A DNA stretch of 64,000 nt from Macrostomum hystrix (taxonomy: Eukaryota; Animalia; Platyhelminthes). The notes beneath the pieces are model-generated. The model was given only the letters and a program-made list of their open reading frames with translations, was not told the DNA's origin and did no database searches. Location of the stretch: NCBI GenBank assembly GCA_950097015.1, contig CATNEN010000025.1, positions 8,990,001 to 9,054,000 of the forward strand. Direction: 5' to 3'. The translations under genes and the position numbers were made by a program. Positions 1 to 12,200 of the stretch are shown one piece after another. The first letter of the stretch is position 1. Each line of letters begins with the position of its first letter.

Positions 1-161
1 TGTCTGTCCGTCTGTCTGTCTTCCCGTCTGCCTCAGCTAGAGTGCACAGTTCAAATATTGCTGACGTGTCGCGTCACAGAATTTCGAGAACTGTTAAGCT
101 TTAGTCTGGCACAAAAATCCGCATGATTTATTATTCAACAGGGCAGAAGTGGACTTGGAAA

Positions 162-199
162 ATGGAGGCCTGCCATAATGTTCACTCAACAAAGCAACG

Positions 200-238
<39 letters not shown>

Positions 239-3200
239 GGTTAAAACGCTGAGTAGCCAGTCTGAGAACACGGCCCACTCAGTTGACTGGCGACTGCATG
301 CCTGTGAGTTCTCGAGGCCACGTACGAGTACTCACACATCAATTTTGAGCACTTTAAGCCTCTTCAAGGAGATAATAAAAAGTAGGGAGATTAATTTTTA
401 TCAGATAAACAAAAAACAAAAAAAACAAAAAAAATAGAAGAGACAATTTACTCAAAGATTTAGACGTGGGTACTGTGATTCTATTATCACCAGTTAATTT
501 CTCAACTGCTGAGTTCTGGTCCAACTAGAAAAATATAAATACCTATACTCAAAGCGAGTGCTGTGAGCACTGACACGTCGGCCCACAATCAGAGAGTTGC
601 CCACGTTTTAACTAGGGCGAGGAACGCATCTAGAATCCTAGAAAAATTGTATTAAATAGAGAAAAATTGACATTTTGGCAGTGCCGCTTCCGCTATTAGA
701 CAGAACTCGCAGGCAAGTAAATGCCTTTCCATTTTAAAATTTGCATTTCTATTCTGTAACAGCTGGACTGACAAAATTTCACTTCCAGGGAATCCCTCCG
801 GACCGGTCGGCCAACCAATCAACTCACTGCCCACAAATGAAGCAAAGGCCAGGCAGCAAAGTGAGTAAAATGCATCCTTGCCTCCTTAGTGTGTCATCTG
901 CTAACACTCTACTCATATTACCTGTTATCCTGACTCTCATGTTACCTGTTATCCTGACTCTCATGTTACCTGTTATCCTGACTCTCATGTTACCTGTTAT
1001 CCTGACTCTCATGCTACCTGTAATCCTGACTCTCATGTTACCTGTTATCCTGACTCTCATGCTACCTGTTATCCTGACTCTCATGTTACCTGTTATCCTG
1101 ACTCTCATGTTACCTGTTATCCTGACTCTCATGTTACCTGTTATCCTGACTCTCATGTTACCTGTTATCCTGACTCTCATGTTACCTGTTATCCTGACTC
1201 TCATGCTACCTGTTATCCTGACTCTCATGTTACCTGTTATCCTGACTCTCATGTTACCTGTTATCCTGACTCTCATGTTACCTGTTATCCTGACTCTCAT
1301 GTTACCTGTTATCCTGACTCTCATGTTACCTGTTATCCTGACTCTCATGTAACCTGTTATCCTGACTCTCATGTTACCTGTCATCCTGACTCTCATGTTA
1401 CCTGTTATCCTGACTCTCATGCTACCTGTTATCCTGACTCTCATGTTACCTGTTATCCTGACTCTCATGTTACCTGTTATCCTGACTCTCATGTTACCTG
1501 TTATCCTGACTCTCATGTTACCTGTTATCCTGACTCTCATGTTACCTGTTATCCTGACTCTCATGCTACCTGTTATCCTGACTCTCATGTAACCTGTTAT
1601 CCTGACTCTCATGTTACCTGTTATCCTGACTCTCAATCTGTTATGCTGACTCTCATGTAACCTGTTATCCTGACTCTCAATCTGTTATCCTGACTCTGAT
1701 GTTACCTGTTATCCTGACTCTCATGTTACCTGTTATCCTGACTCTCAACCTGTTATCCTGACTCTCATGTTACCTGTTATCCTGACTCTCATGCTACCTG
1801 TTATCCTGACTCTCATGTAACCTGTTATCCTGACTCTCATGTTACCTGTCATCCTGACTCTCATGTTACCTGTTATCCTGACTCTCATGCTACCTGTTAT
1901 CCTGACTCTCATGTTACCTGTTATCCTGACTCTCATGCTACCTGTAATCCTGACTCTCATGTTACCTGTTATCCTGACTCTCATGCTACCTGTTATCCTG
2001 ACTCTCATGTTACCTGTTATCCTGACTCTCATGCTACCTGTTATCCTGACTCTCATGTAACCTGTTATCCTGACTCTCATGTTACCTGTTATCCTGACTC
2101 TCAATCTGTTATCCTGACTCTCATGTAACCTGTTATCCTGACTCTCAATCTGTTATCCTGACTCTCATGTTACCTGTTATCCTGACTCTCATGTTACCTG
2201 TTATCCTGACTCTCAACCTGTTATCCTGACTCTCATGCTACCTGTTATCCTGACTCTCAACCTGTTATCCTGACTCTCATGTTCCCTGTTATCCTGACTC
2301 TCATGCTACCTGTTATCCTGACTCTCAACCTGTTATCCTGACTCTCATGCTACCTGTTATCCTGACTCTCATGCTACCTGTTATCCTGACTCTCATGTTA
2401 CCTGTTATCCTGACTCTCATGCTACCTGTTATCCTGACTCTCATGTTACCTGTTATCCTGACTCTCATGCTACCTGTAATCCTGACTCTCATGTTACCTG
2501 TTATCCTGACTCTCATGTTACCTGTTATCCTGACTCTCATGTTACCTGTTATCCTGACTCTCATGTTACCTGTTATCCTGACTCTCATGTTACCTGTTAT
2601 CCTGACTCTCATGCTACCTGTTATCCTGACTCTCATGTTACCTGTTATCCTGACTCTCATGTTACCTGTTATCCTGACTCTCATGTTACCTGTTATCCTG
2701 ACTCTCATGTTACCTGTTATCCTGACTCTCATGTTACCTGTTATCCTGACTCTCATGTAACCTGTTATCCTGACTCTCATGTTACCTGTCATCCTGACTC
2801 TCATGTTACCTGTTATCCTGACTCTCATGCTACCTGTTATCCTGACTCTCATGTTACCTGTTATCCTGACTCTCATGTTACCTGTTATCCTGACTCTCAT
2901 GTTACCTGTTATCCTGACTCTCATGTTACCTGTTATCCTGACTCTCATGTTACCTGTTATCCTGACTCTCATGCTACCTGTTATCCTGACTCTCATGTAA
3001 CCTGTTATCCTGACTCTCATGTTACCTGTTATCCTGACTCTCAATCTGTTATGCTGACTCTCATGTAACCTGTTATCCTGACTCTCAATCTGTTATCCTG
3101 ACTCTGATGTTACCTGTTATCCTGACTCTCATGTTACCTGTTATCCTGACTCTCAACCTGTTATCCTGACTCTCATGTTACCTGTTATCCTGACTCTCAT

Positions 3201-6200
3201 GCTACCTGTTATCCTGACTCTCATGTAACCTGTTATCCTGACTCTCATGTTACCTGTCATCCTGACTCTCATGTTACCTGTTATCCTGACTCTCATGCTA
3301 CCTGTTATCCTGACTCTCATGTTACCTGTTATCCTGACTCTCATGCTACCTGTAATCCTGACTCTCATGTTACCTGTTATCCTGACTCTCATGCTACCTG
3401 TTATCCTGACTCTCATGTTACCTGTTATCCTGACTCTCATGCTACCTGTTATCCTGACTCTCATGTAACCTGTTATCCTGACTCTCATGTTACCTGTTAT
3501 CCTGACTCTCAATCTGTTATCCTGACTCTCATGTAACCTGTTATCCTGACTCTCAATCTGTTATCCTGACTCTCATGTTACCTGTTATCCTGACTCTCAT
3601 GTTACCTGTTATCCTGACTCTCAACCTGTTATCCTGACTCTCATGCTACCTGTTATCCTGACTCTCAACCTGTTATCCTGACTCTCATGTTCCCTGTTAT
3701 CCTGACTCTCATGCTACCTGTTATCCTGACTCTCAACCTGTTATCCTGACTCTCATGCTACCTGTTATCCTGACTCTCATGCTACCTGTTATCCTGACTC
3801 TCATGTTACCTGTTATCCTGACTCTCATGCTACCTGTTATCCTGACTCTCATGCTACCTGTAATCCTGACTCTCATGTTACCTGTAATCCTGACTCTCAT
3901 GCTACCTGTTATCCTGACTGTCATGCTACCTGTAATCCTGACTCTCATGCTACCTGTTATCCTGACTCTCATGTTACCTGTTATCCTGACTCTCATGTTA
4001 CCTGTTATCCTGACTCTCATGCTACCTGTTATCCTGACTCTCATGCTACCTGTTATCCTGACTCTCATGTAACCTGTTATCCTGACTCTCATGTAACCTG
4101 TTATCCTGACTCTCATGCTACTTGTAATCCTGACTCTCATGCTACCTGTAATCCTGACTCTCATGCTACCTGTTATCCTGACTCTCATGTTACCTGTTAT
4201 CCTGACTCTCATGTTACCTGTTATCCTGACTCTCATGTAACCTGTTATCCTGACTCTCATGTAACCTGTTATCCTGACTCTCATGTTATCCTGGCTCACC
4301 TGTTATCCTGGCTCACCTGTTATCCTGGCTCACCTGTTATCCTGGCTCACCTGTTATCCTGGCTCACCTGTTATCCTGGCTCACCTGTTATCCTGGCTCA
4401 CCTGTTATCCTGGCTCACCTGTTATCCTGGCTCACCTGTTATCCTGGCTCACCTGTTATCCTGGCTCACCTGTTATCCTGGCTCACCTGTTATCCTGGCT
4501 CACCTGTTATCCTGGCTCACCTGTTATCCTGGCTCACCTGTTATCCTGGCTCACCTGTTATCCTGGCTCACCTGTTATCCTGGCTCACCTGTTATCCTGG
4601 CTCACCTGTTATCCTGGCTCACCTGTTATCCTGGCTCACCTGTTATCCTGGCTCACCTGTTATCCTGGCTCACCTGTCATCCATGCTCAGTCTGCAGGGC
4701 GGTGTCAACGCTGCCATCCGATGCCCACCTGTTGGCCGTGTCCGGCAAGTCGTTCCACCCGGCTCTGAACAGTTTCTGTCGCATCTTCAACGTCACCTGC
4801 GTCTTCCTCGACGCCCTGGAAGGTGAGAGAGTGCCAGACGACTGGCTGTACAATGGCATTCGCTTCTTCCCCGCTCCCGAGCTGCGCAGCCGGTCGATTT
4901 ATGAGTACATCACCTGGGCCATGTGGAGTAACCTTGTGGTGCTCTACTGCGATTTTCACAGTGAGAATATTTTTTAACAACGCTTTCGAGATGAGGGAGA
5001 TGAGGGAGAGATGAGACAGGAAAGAGATGAGACAGGGGAGAGATTAGACAGGGGAGAGATTAGACAGGGGAGAGATGAGACAGGAGGGGAGAGATGAGAC
5101 AGGAGGTGGAGAGATGAGGCAGGAGAGGGAGAGATGAGACAGGAGAGGGAGAGATGAGACAGGAGGGGGAGAGATGAGGCAGGAGAGGGAGAGATGAGGC
5201 AGGAGAGGGAGAGATGAGACAGGAGGGGGAGAGATGAGGCAGGAGAGGGAGAGATGAGACAGGAGAGGGAGAGATGAGACAGGAGGGGGAGAGATGAGGC
5301 AGGAGAGGGAGAGATGAGGCAGGAGAGGGAGAGATGAGACAGGAGGGGGAGAGATGAGACAGGAGGGGGAGAGATGAGACAGGAGAGGGAGAGATGAGGC
5401 TGGAGAGGGAGAGATGAGACAAGAGGGGGAGAGATGAGACAGGAGAGGGAGAGATGAGACACAGGGTGTCGGAGTTAGGGTGCTTTGTTGAGTAGCTTGG
5501 GTGTCGCATTTACCTGACCCCTTGCCCAAACCTGTCTGCAGACCTGGAGAGCATTCACAGTGTGTTCCACTATCCAATGGGTCCCGTGCTGTTCCGTCAT
5601 CTCGATCTGGACAACGCCACTAGCGCCCTGAATGTCATTCGACAGCTGAAACTGTCAACCATCAACAACTTCATCCTCGACATGCCGCACAATCAGATTC
5701 TAAAATTTCTTAAACTGGTGAGGTGCACAGAGAGTCAGGGATTTTTATCAAATTTCATTTAAAAAAACAAACTATTGCGTTAAACAATATTGCCTACAGG
5801 CAAACGAGGCCAATTTAAAAGGCTTGGCGAGAAGTTTTCTACTCATCCGAGAAGTGAGTCACAGATTGTTCGATATTTTGAAATTGTTGCCTTTTTAACT
5901 GAATCAAACTGTTACTAAATTGATAGGCAAATCAAAAGGCATGTTAGCTCGAAAATCGAGTCACATTGTTGTGAGTCACATCGGTTTGAGTCACATTGTT
6001 GTGAGTCACATTGGTATGAGTCGCATCGGTGTAAATGACCTTGAAAAGTCACCTTGGTTTGAGTCAACTAATAGGTGTGAAAAAAATTCCGGTGTGAATG
6101 ACCTTGAAATGTTCAGCTCGAAAAGAGCTTTCCAATTATTTCAAAAGCTGCGCACTGAACAGTTTTTGACGGACAGTTTGAACAAGTTCAGGTTGGCTGT

Positions 6201-9200
6201 CACTCAAGACCCTCCAAGCCCTGTTAATAATGAGCTTCTAGGAGCTCACAGGAAGCAGTCTCAATGGAACTTTCTCACTTCCGCAGATAAACAGCAGCTT
6301 CTTCCAGGAGCGAATGGCCGACGGAGTCTGGGCTGGAATGAACTTCACATCCCACCTGTTTGATGGAGTCAGCTTCATCAGCGATGGGCCAGGAGCCGTG
6401 AGGACTAATTATGCAGCTTTGTATATGTTGGGTGAATGGTAGAACAGTTGTTGTAGTTTATCGGTACCGTCGGCAGTTCGCCGACGCGGTAGTTCGGGTA
6501 CGGACCGCCCAAAGCTTGCCGGGGGAGGAGGGATGGGAAGCAGCGACCCTCGAGGCGTTCAGACACTCCGAGGAGAGACGGGATGGGCTTGGAGCGTACA
6601 GACACAGACAAGCCCGGCACAGGTGGATGCGCGAAGGCTTTGACTGCGAGCGGGTAGCCACTCGACAGCCCCAGAGAGAGGTGGATGACGGTCTGGAGGC
6701 GTACCGACGCTTCGCAGACTCGAGGGAAGACTCTGGAGGAGAAGGATGATGATGATGAGCTTTTGGCAGCAGCAGAGGTCGGGCAGAGGAACAAGGTTTG
6801 AGCACGGACAAATAAATAACTCGTTAATGCTTTTCTTACCGGGAGGGATCGAACGCTGCACTCATGGCAATTAGTGTAGCTCAGGCTGCGTAGTTTATTA
6901 TTGTATTGATTGTTCGCTTCTAACTCAGGGCAACGTTCTCACAATAGTACTCGGGAGGCGCGGGGGCTGGCCACGGGCAGCGCGCGCTAATAAATAACAG
7001 CGTGGGGTGGGGCGAGGGCATAGGGCTGGACGGGGTAGGGCTAAGCCACGCAGGGCTGGGGTGGGAGTAAACACACAAGGCTGAGAGCCGAGAGAGAGAG
7101 AGAAGGAGGCCGGCTAGCCAATCAGAAGTCGCCTTGGCGAGAGGCCTGATTGGACTAGCGAAGACGGCGCAGGGGGCAGCCAATGGGCGAGCGATAAACA
7201 ACGATAAAGGAGGGTGGCCTAAGCCGGGGCCGGGCAGAACTGGATTGAGCAGGTGGCCGGGGTGGAAGGGTTAGTGACGCAGGGGTCGGGGCAAGGTCAT
7301 TGTGAGACGCAGCTCACAACACAGTAGAAAGGGGTATTTGAAATATCCACATTTTTTCTTTTTTCTGTGTCTCCCAAAATATGCGACCAATGGCCACGAA
7401 AATGCAGAACACGGGCTAAAAGTTTCCACTCTATCCGATGAAACAGCTTCCAGAATCACAAAACATCGGCATCGTCGAGGTATTCACCGATCTCGTCGGG
7501 GTGTCTGTTGACGAAAGCAAAAAAAGATTGGCAGAGTCTTTCTACTCACAAAATTTCATCATCTAACCATGCAGGCTGTTATTGTTGAGAATTTTGTTTT
7601 GCTTTTACTGTTAGTTATTATATGATTGAATCAATAACGACTCGCCATAGAAGCTTATGCAGAGAAATGTTGGTTGGTCACCAGGGTCTTCGTGTCTTCG
7701 TATCTTCGGGATATTATGGTCTTTCGACTGTTAATTAGGGATTTTCAAGTTGGTATCGAGTTTCGTAGCGGGTTGGGAAAATACCACTATTTGCTATTTG
7801 CTAATTAGTACAACGCTGAGCAACAGGTAAATTCGCTACTTCTCATTTTGATAAAAGCATAAATAACATCTTTGTTTAATTCGAACTTTATTGGATAATT
7901 GGATTAATTTATTAATCTATTAATTGAAATAGTGCGGGTCTTTTGCTAGCCGATGACCGCCCTCATGAAAGATAGGAGTGTGGAAAACGACGATAGAGTC
8001 GGAGGTCGATCGCTGCTGCCGCGAGCTGTCGCAGAGAGGGATGACGAAGGGAGGGATGAAGGGAGAGATGAAGGGAGAGATGAGGCGGTACAAAGGATGC
8101 AAGTGAGTGGTCCTATTGGCCTCAGGCTGGCCAGTCCCACCCAACCCATAGGCCACAGGCATGACTGCCGTGCCCACCCCAAGCAGTGCTCGAAACCGGC
8201 TAAAAGTCTAAATAGATGTCGGACTACCCGCAAGCGAATAGGACAGGGCTAGATAGCCTACTGTCATCAGTAGCATGTTCGTAACTGACTCCTAACTTTG
8301 GTAGCAGTGGTCGACTCGGCCTAGGCTCTTGTCTTAGAAATGCGGAAAGGCTATCGGCAAAGCGGATAATGATCGAAGGTAGCGCCACCACCCAATGCGC
8401 CTACGTTGCCACCGCAGACATTTGGGAACTTGGGTCCCCGGAGCTCGCAGCTCCCAGTTTGTCACACAGATCTTAGACAAGCCGAAAAATAGAGCATTCT
8501 GTAACTTCCGTTTTAGACTAGGGTGAGCACCCCAGAATGGATCGAGTCACGCCTCACAAGGGGATTCCTGAAACTGCGCTACAGTGGTCTAGGAAGGTGG
8601 TACTCCGAACCCGAATGAGAAATCCATAGCCAGAATCCTACTCATGAGACATTAGACACATTCCGTACATTAGACTGCAGCCTACTCATTAGATAACTAG
8701 CAAGCCGATTCTGTGTGAGTTGAGGAGAACAGAGGCAGGAGAGATTAAGCTGAACACTGGCTGAGTGATTATGCAAGCAGGAAATTATTAGATCACGCCT
8801 CTCGCTCCCATGGCCGCGGTTGCGAAAGGCGGGGAAAAGAGGGAGAATTCAAATTGGCAAAGGAACTTGACGCATACACTGGAACCCGCCGAGAGAGTGA
8901 GGAAAGCCGGCCAAGGAATCCCCCACCTCGTAGGCAGAAATGCACACGCTACATCCCGCATTTAGCTCGCAAATCCCTAGCTCCATATTACTCTCATGCG
9001 TGCTCACAGTAGCCTTCTTGCCGCAGCTTTCAGCTCGGCCTCGCCAGAGCCCATTCCCCTAGTGAATTAGCCACTCATGATTGAGGGCTGTCTAATGATA
9101 CAATAAAGGGGAAATAACAGCATGATAGAAAGTGATTTAAATTGTTACTAAATTGCCTAATAGTTAAATGATTGGCGACTAAGATGAATAATAGTTTATT

Positions 9201-12200
9201 AGGCTAGAATCAAATCCCTGCCCTCGCCCCGATTGCCCACTAGCTAAGTAATAAATCCCTTAGGGATAGCAATAAGAGTCCGCTACGCGGGTTACTTATC
9301 TGATTGCTGACTGACTTCACTGCAGGCCGTCGATCTCGCGGGGGAATGCAAATGAACAGGGGAATAGGTGAGGAATTGCTGAGTGCAGTTGGCAAGGGGC
9401 CAGACTGCAGGGAGCTCAAGGCTCAATTTGGAGCGCACCCAAGGAGGTGGCTTGCGCTTAGGGGCACTAGCAGGTAGTTGCCTGCTGCTATGATCTGGAG
9501 CCTTAGGCTCAGGGACTAGGTGCTAGCCTAGAAGGGGGAGAGTCCACGGACCGAGTTCCGGGACCAGACAGGAAGGGGGTAGGTTTTAGTCCAGGGTGGA
9601 GGGAAGGTTCCCCTAGGGGCAGCGCAGCGCGCTCTCTTAAATAGTCCTGCAGCTCCGCCAACCTCGCATTCATCAAAATAACCCACATGCTCGCCGGCCT
9701 GTCAGCGAGGAATCGGGTCGGCATAATGCCACCCCAATTGCCCACTGAAGCGGCGGCGAGAATCGCCAGATGCCCCACTAGGAGCGTCTGCCGGCAGTCG
9801 GCCAATGATTGTGATCCCGCCGGGATATGGGAAGCGCAGGCGCCGACCTGCCTATAGTGTCGTTACATGTATCTAGAGGGGGAAAGGTCATAATCGAGCC
9901 CCGGCTCGGGTTACAGTAAAGAAGAGGGACATGAAGAATTAAAGCTCACTCTAAACGCATGAGTGCTCCCGACAATCTGATCGCGGTTTGGAGGGGAATT
10001 ATGACCTAAACTAGTCCATACAGTATTGCTATTTCCGCGATCAGTCACTCCTACAGGGGACTAGACAGATCCGAGACAAAGGGAATCGGCGGCTACTTAA
10101 TTCACCTCCGCCCCAAGTCTGGCCCTAAGATTAATGATGGTGTTCTGCGGCCAGCTGCTATGTGGGTCGCGATTATTAACTTGCTAAAAATGGAAAAATT
10201 TGGCTGGCTCACAACCCCACTCGATTCCGAAGTACACTCCACATCACACCGCCCTTGCTCACTTTCACGTAAGACACTTACGTGCTTACTGTTAGTAGTG
10301 GGGTGTCCCGCGAATCGAGGGGGCAAAAACTTACATTACCCTACTGCATACCGTAAAGAATCCTAAGAAGAAAACCGCTAGAGAAGAAATCCTAAGTTAT
10401 CGTACGTAACAATACTGCTATAAATAGATTTTGTGCGAGAGTGTAAAAGGTCGGCGCCCCTAGCGACTAAGGGATAGAGTCCTGAGGGGAGGTGGGTGCG
10501 CATTCCGGCTGAGTTAAGGTTGTTCTCGTTGCCCAGGGGTGCCGTGTCCCGGCTCGCCTTCTCCTCCAGGTGGCTGCAGCTGTCCCCGTCTTTCCCTGCC
10601 CGGCTTGGTCGCGGTTGCGCAATCCTGGGAGGCTCCGGCCGTTTTCCTCCTTAAGTCCGAGGGTCCGGCCGTGCTCTCACCAGGTGGCTCCAGATTGGCT
10701 GACCCGCTCTGCGTCCTCACCGATCCTGTTGCCGGGCGTTGGTAGCCTCTGATTCGCCGCGCGCTCCAGATGTTTCCGGCTGGCCGTGCCCGGGAATGTT
10801 CGCCGGGCCGGTTGCCTAGCCGTTGCGCGCGGCCCAATCGTCGCTGCAGCTGGTCGCAGCTGGGGAAACCGCTGCTCAGGCCGCTTGTGATGCTGTTGCC
10901 GGCCGAGGTGTCTCCTCACCGAAAAGGTCAGGGCCCCAACAACTAAACCGTTACTATGGGCCCCCTAAACTGGTTCTGCCCGGAATCCCCACTTTGCTCC
11001 CATGGGCTGGCGGTTAGACCGCCACGTCTCCCTAAATTAGCCCTATAAAAGCAAACTCTTGACGCCCCATTAACCTCAAGCCTGTTATCTCGCAATCAAC
11101 CTCCCGAACTGTCAGTAATCTATTTCTGCTATCAGCCCTACTAAGTCTCACATCCTCTGCGAATAAAACACAAGCGAGTGTTCCGTCTGCGTTTACCGCC
11201 TAAAGTTCCGCGTCTGACTCGTCTACTCCGCCCGCATAATGGCCCAGCAGCAGCCTGAAGGAGAGAGGTGAGTTATTACTTCTACTCGGCCCCCCCAAGG
11301 CCGGTTATTTAAGGATTATTGCGAGGGTTATTGCATAAGAATTAGAATAACGAAATCCCCCTTACCCACGGCACGCCTACTGATCCCCAAAAATCTGAAA
11401 TTGACCCCGACCCAATAAGGGGAAAACCCTTCCCCAGCCAAAGATTGATTAAATTGAGTTATTTGGGTTGCAATTGTCAATACTATTTTGTCCCCGCCTA
11501 ATCTGGCCACACCCTCCTTCCATTCCCAGCGATTACCTGCCCGGATTTGTAAATCCGCCTCGGCGCCGGGCCAGCTCAGGCGATCCCATTGCCTTATCAT
11601 TCGTGATGAGTAAGTTAGATGTTTTTTTCTGTCATACTCTCCCACCCAACTTGGGTTCCACTATTTGCGACTTCCCCCTACGAACCATCGCTGCCCGTTT
11701 ACTGAGCTACTCATCCACCTTACCCCTCCAGACATTAACGTGCCCGAAGGCCGCGAGGAGGACGTGGCCGCGATAGCCCTCGGCTTTATCCGGGGCCCAC
11801 TAGGCGCAGCTCTGGCAGTCGCCATGATCGCCGTGGCCCTTGTTCTGGGCTTCATCTCGTACTTTCTGTGAGAGCCACCCAGTCGCGCCACCTTCACTCC
11901 TACGACGCCCCGGCCCCCCTATCAGCACATGATCAGCCTCCGCACCCACACAGACTCATATACCACGACTGGTGCTAAATGAACTTTCTATGCATAACGA
12001 AATAAACATGCAAAAATCCCTGGCTCCTTTTCTTTTACGCCACCATTTGAAATATGAAAGAGGGCTCACTATTTTCACCCGTCTTCTTTCCTAGACGAAA
12101 CATTACTGCTCAAGTTTTACAACCGCCTAGTAACCGAAAAAACTAACTGATAGACTGTTAATGAGTTTTTGAAACGTCTGGAACCTTAATTCATACGATT

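Noticed and set aside
741-4768. Long ORFs such as MLPVILTL and MRVRITGN repeats, and similar ORFs over 19.4-20.7, 29-30.9, 32.4-33.3, 37.7-38.6, 43, 45.6-47.6 and 54-55.3 kb
   Set aside because: They are translations of intronic or intergenic tandem repeats, open in several frames on both strands because the unit lacks stops.
7677-7690. 14-nt match GTCACCAGGGTCTT with ~53292
   Set aside because: Same-strand match between oppositely oriented genes; several 14-mer matches are expected by chance in 64 kb.
9509-9805. 98-aa ORF within each LTR, and ORFs inside the solo LTR (e.g. 6411-6749)
   Set aside because: Non-ATG or weak starts, no recognisable domain, and typical of GC-rich LTR sequence.
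9852-9861. GACACTATAG on the minus strand resembling the SP6 promoter (vector contamination)
   Set aside because: Only 10 nt match, and it is embedded in both LTR copies.
8499-9867. TGTAAC...GTTACA pair inside the long LTR suggesting a nested LTR
   Set aside because: No target-site duplication on the flanks; 6-bp inverted matches are expected by chance.
10514-11020. GC-rich minus-strand frames near the PPT as integrase C-terminal or env remnants
   Set aside because: No HHCC, DDE or convincing GPY/F motif, no signal peptide or TM, and multiple stops; a translated HMM search would be needed.
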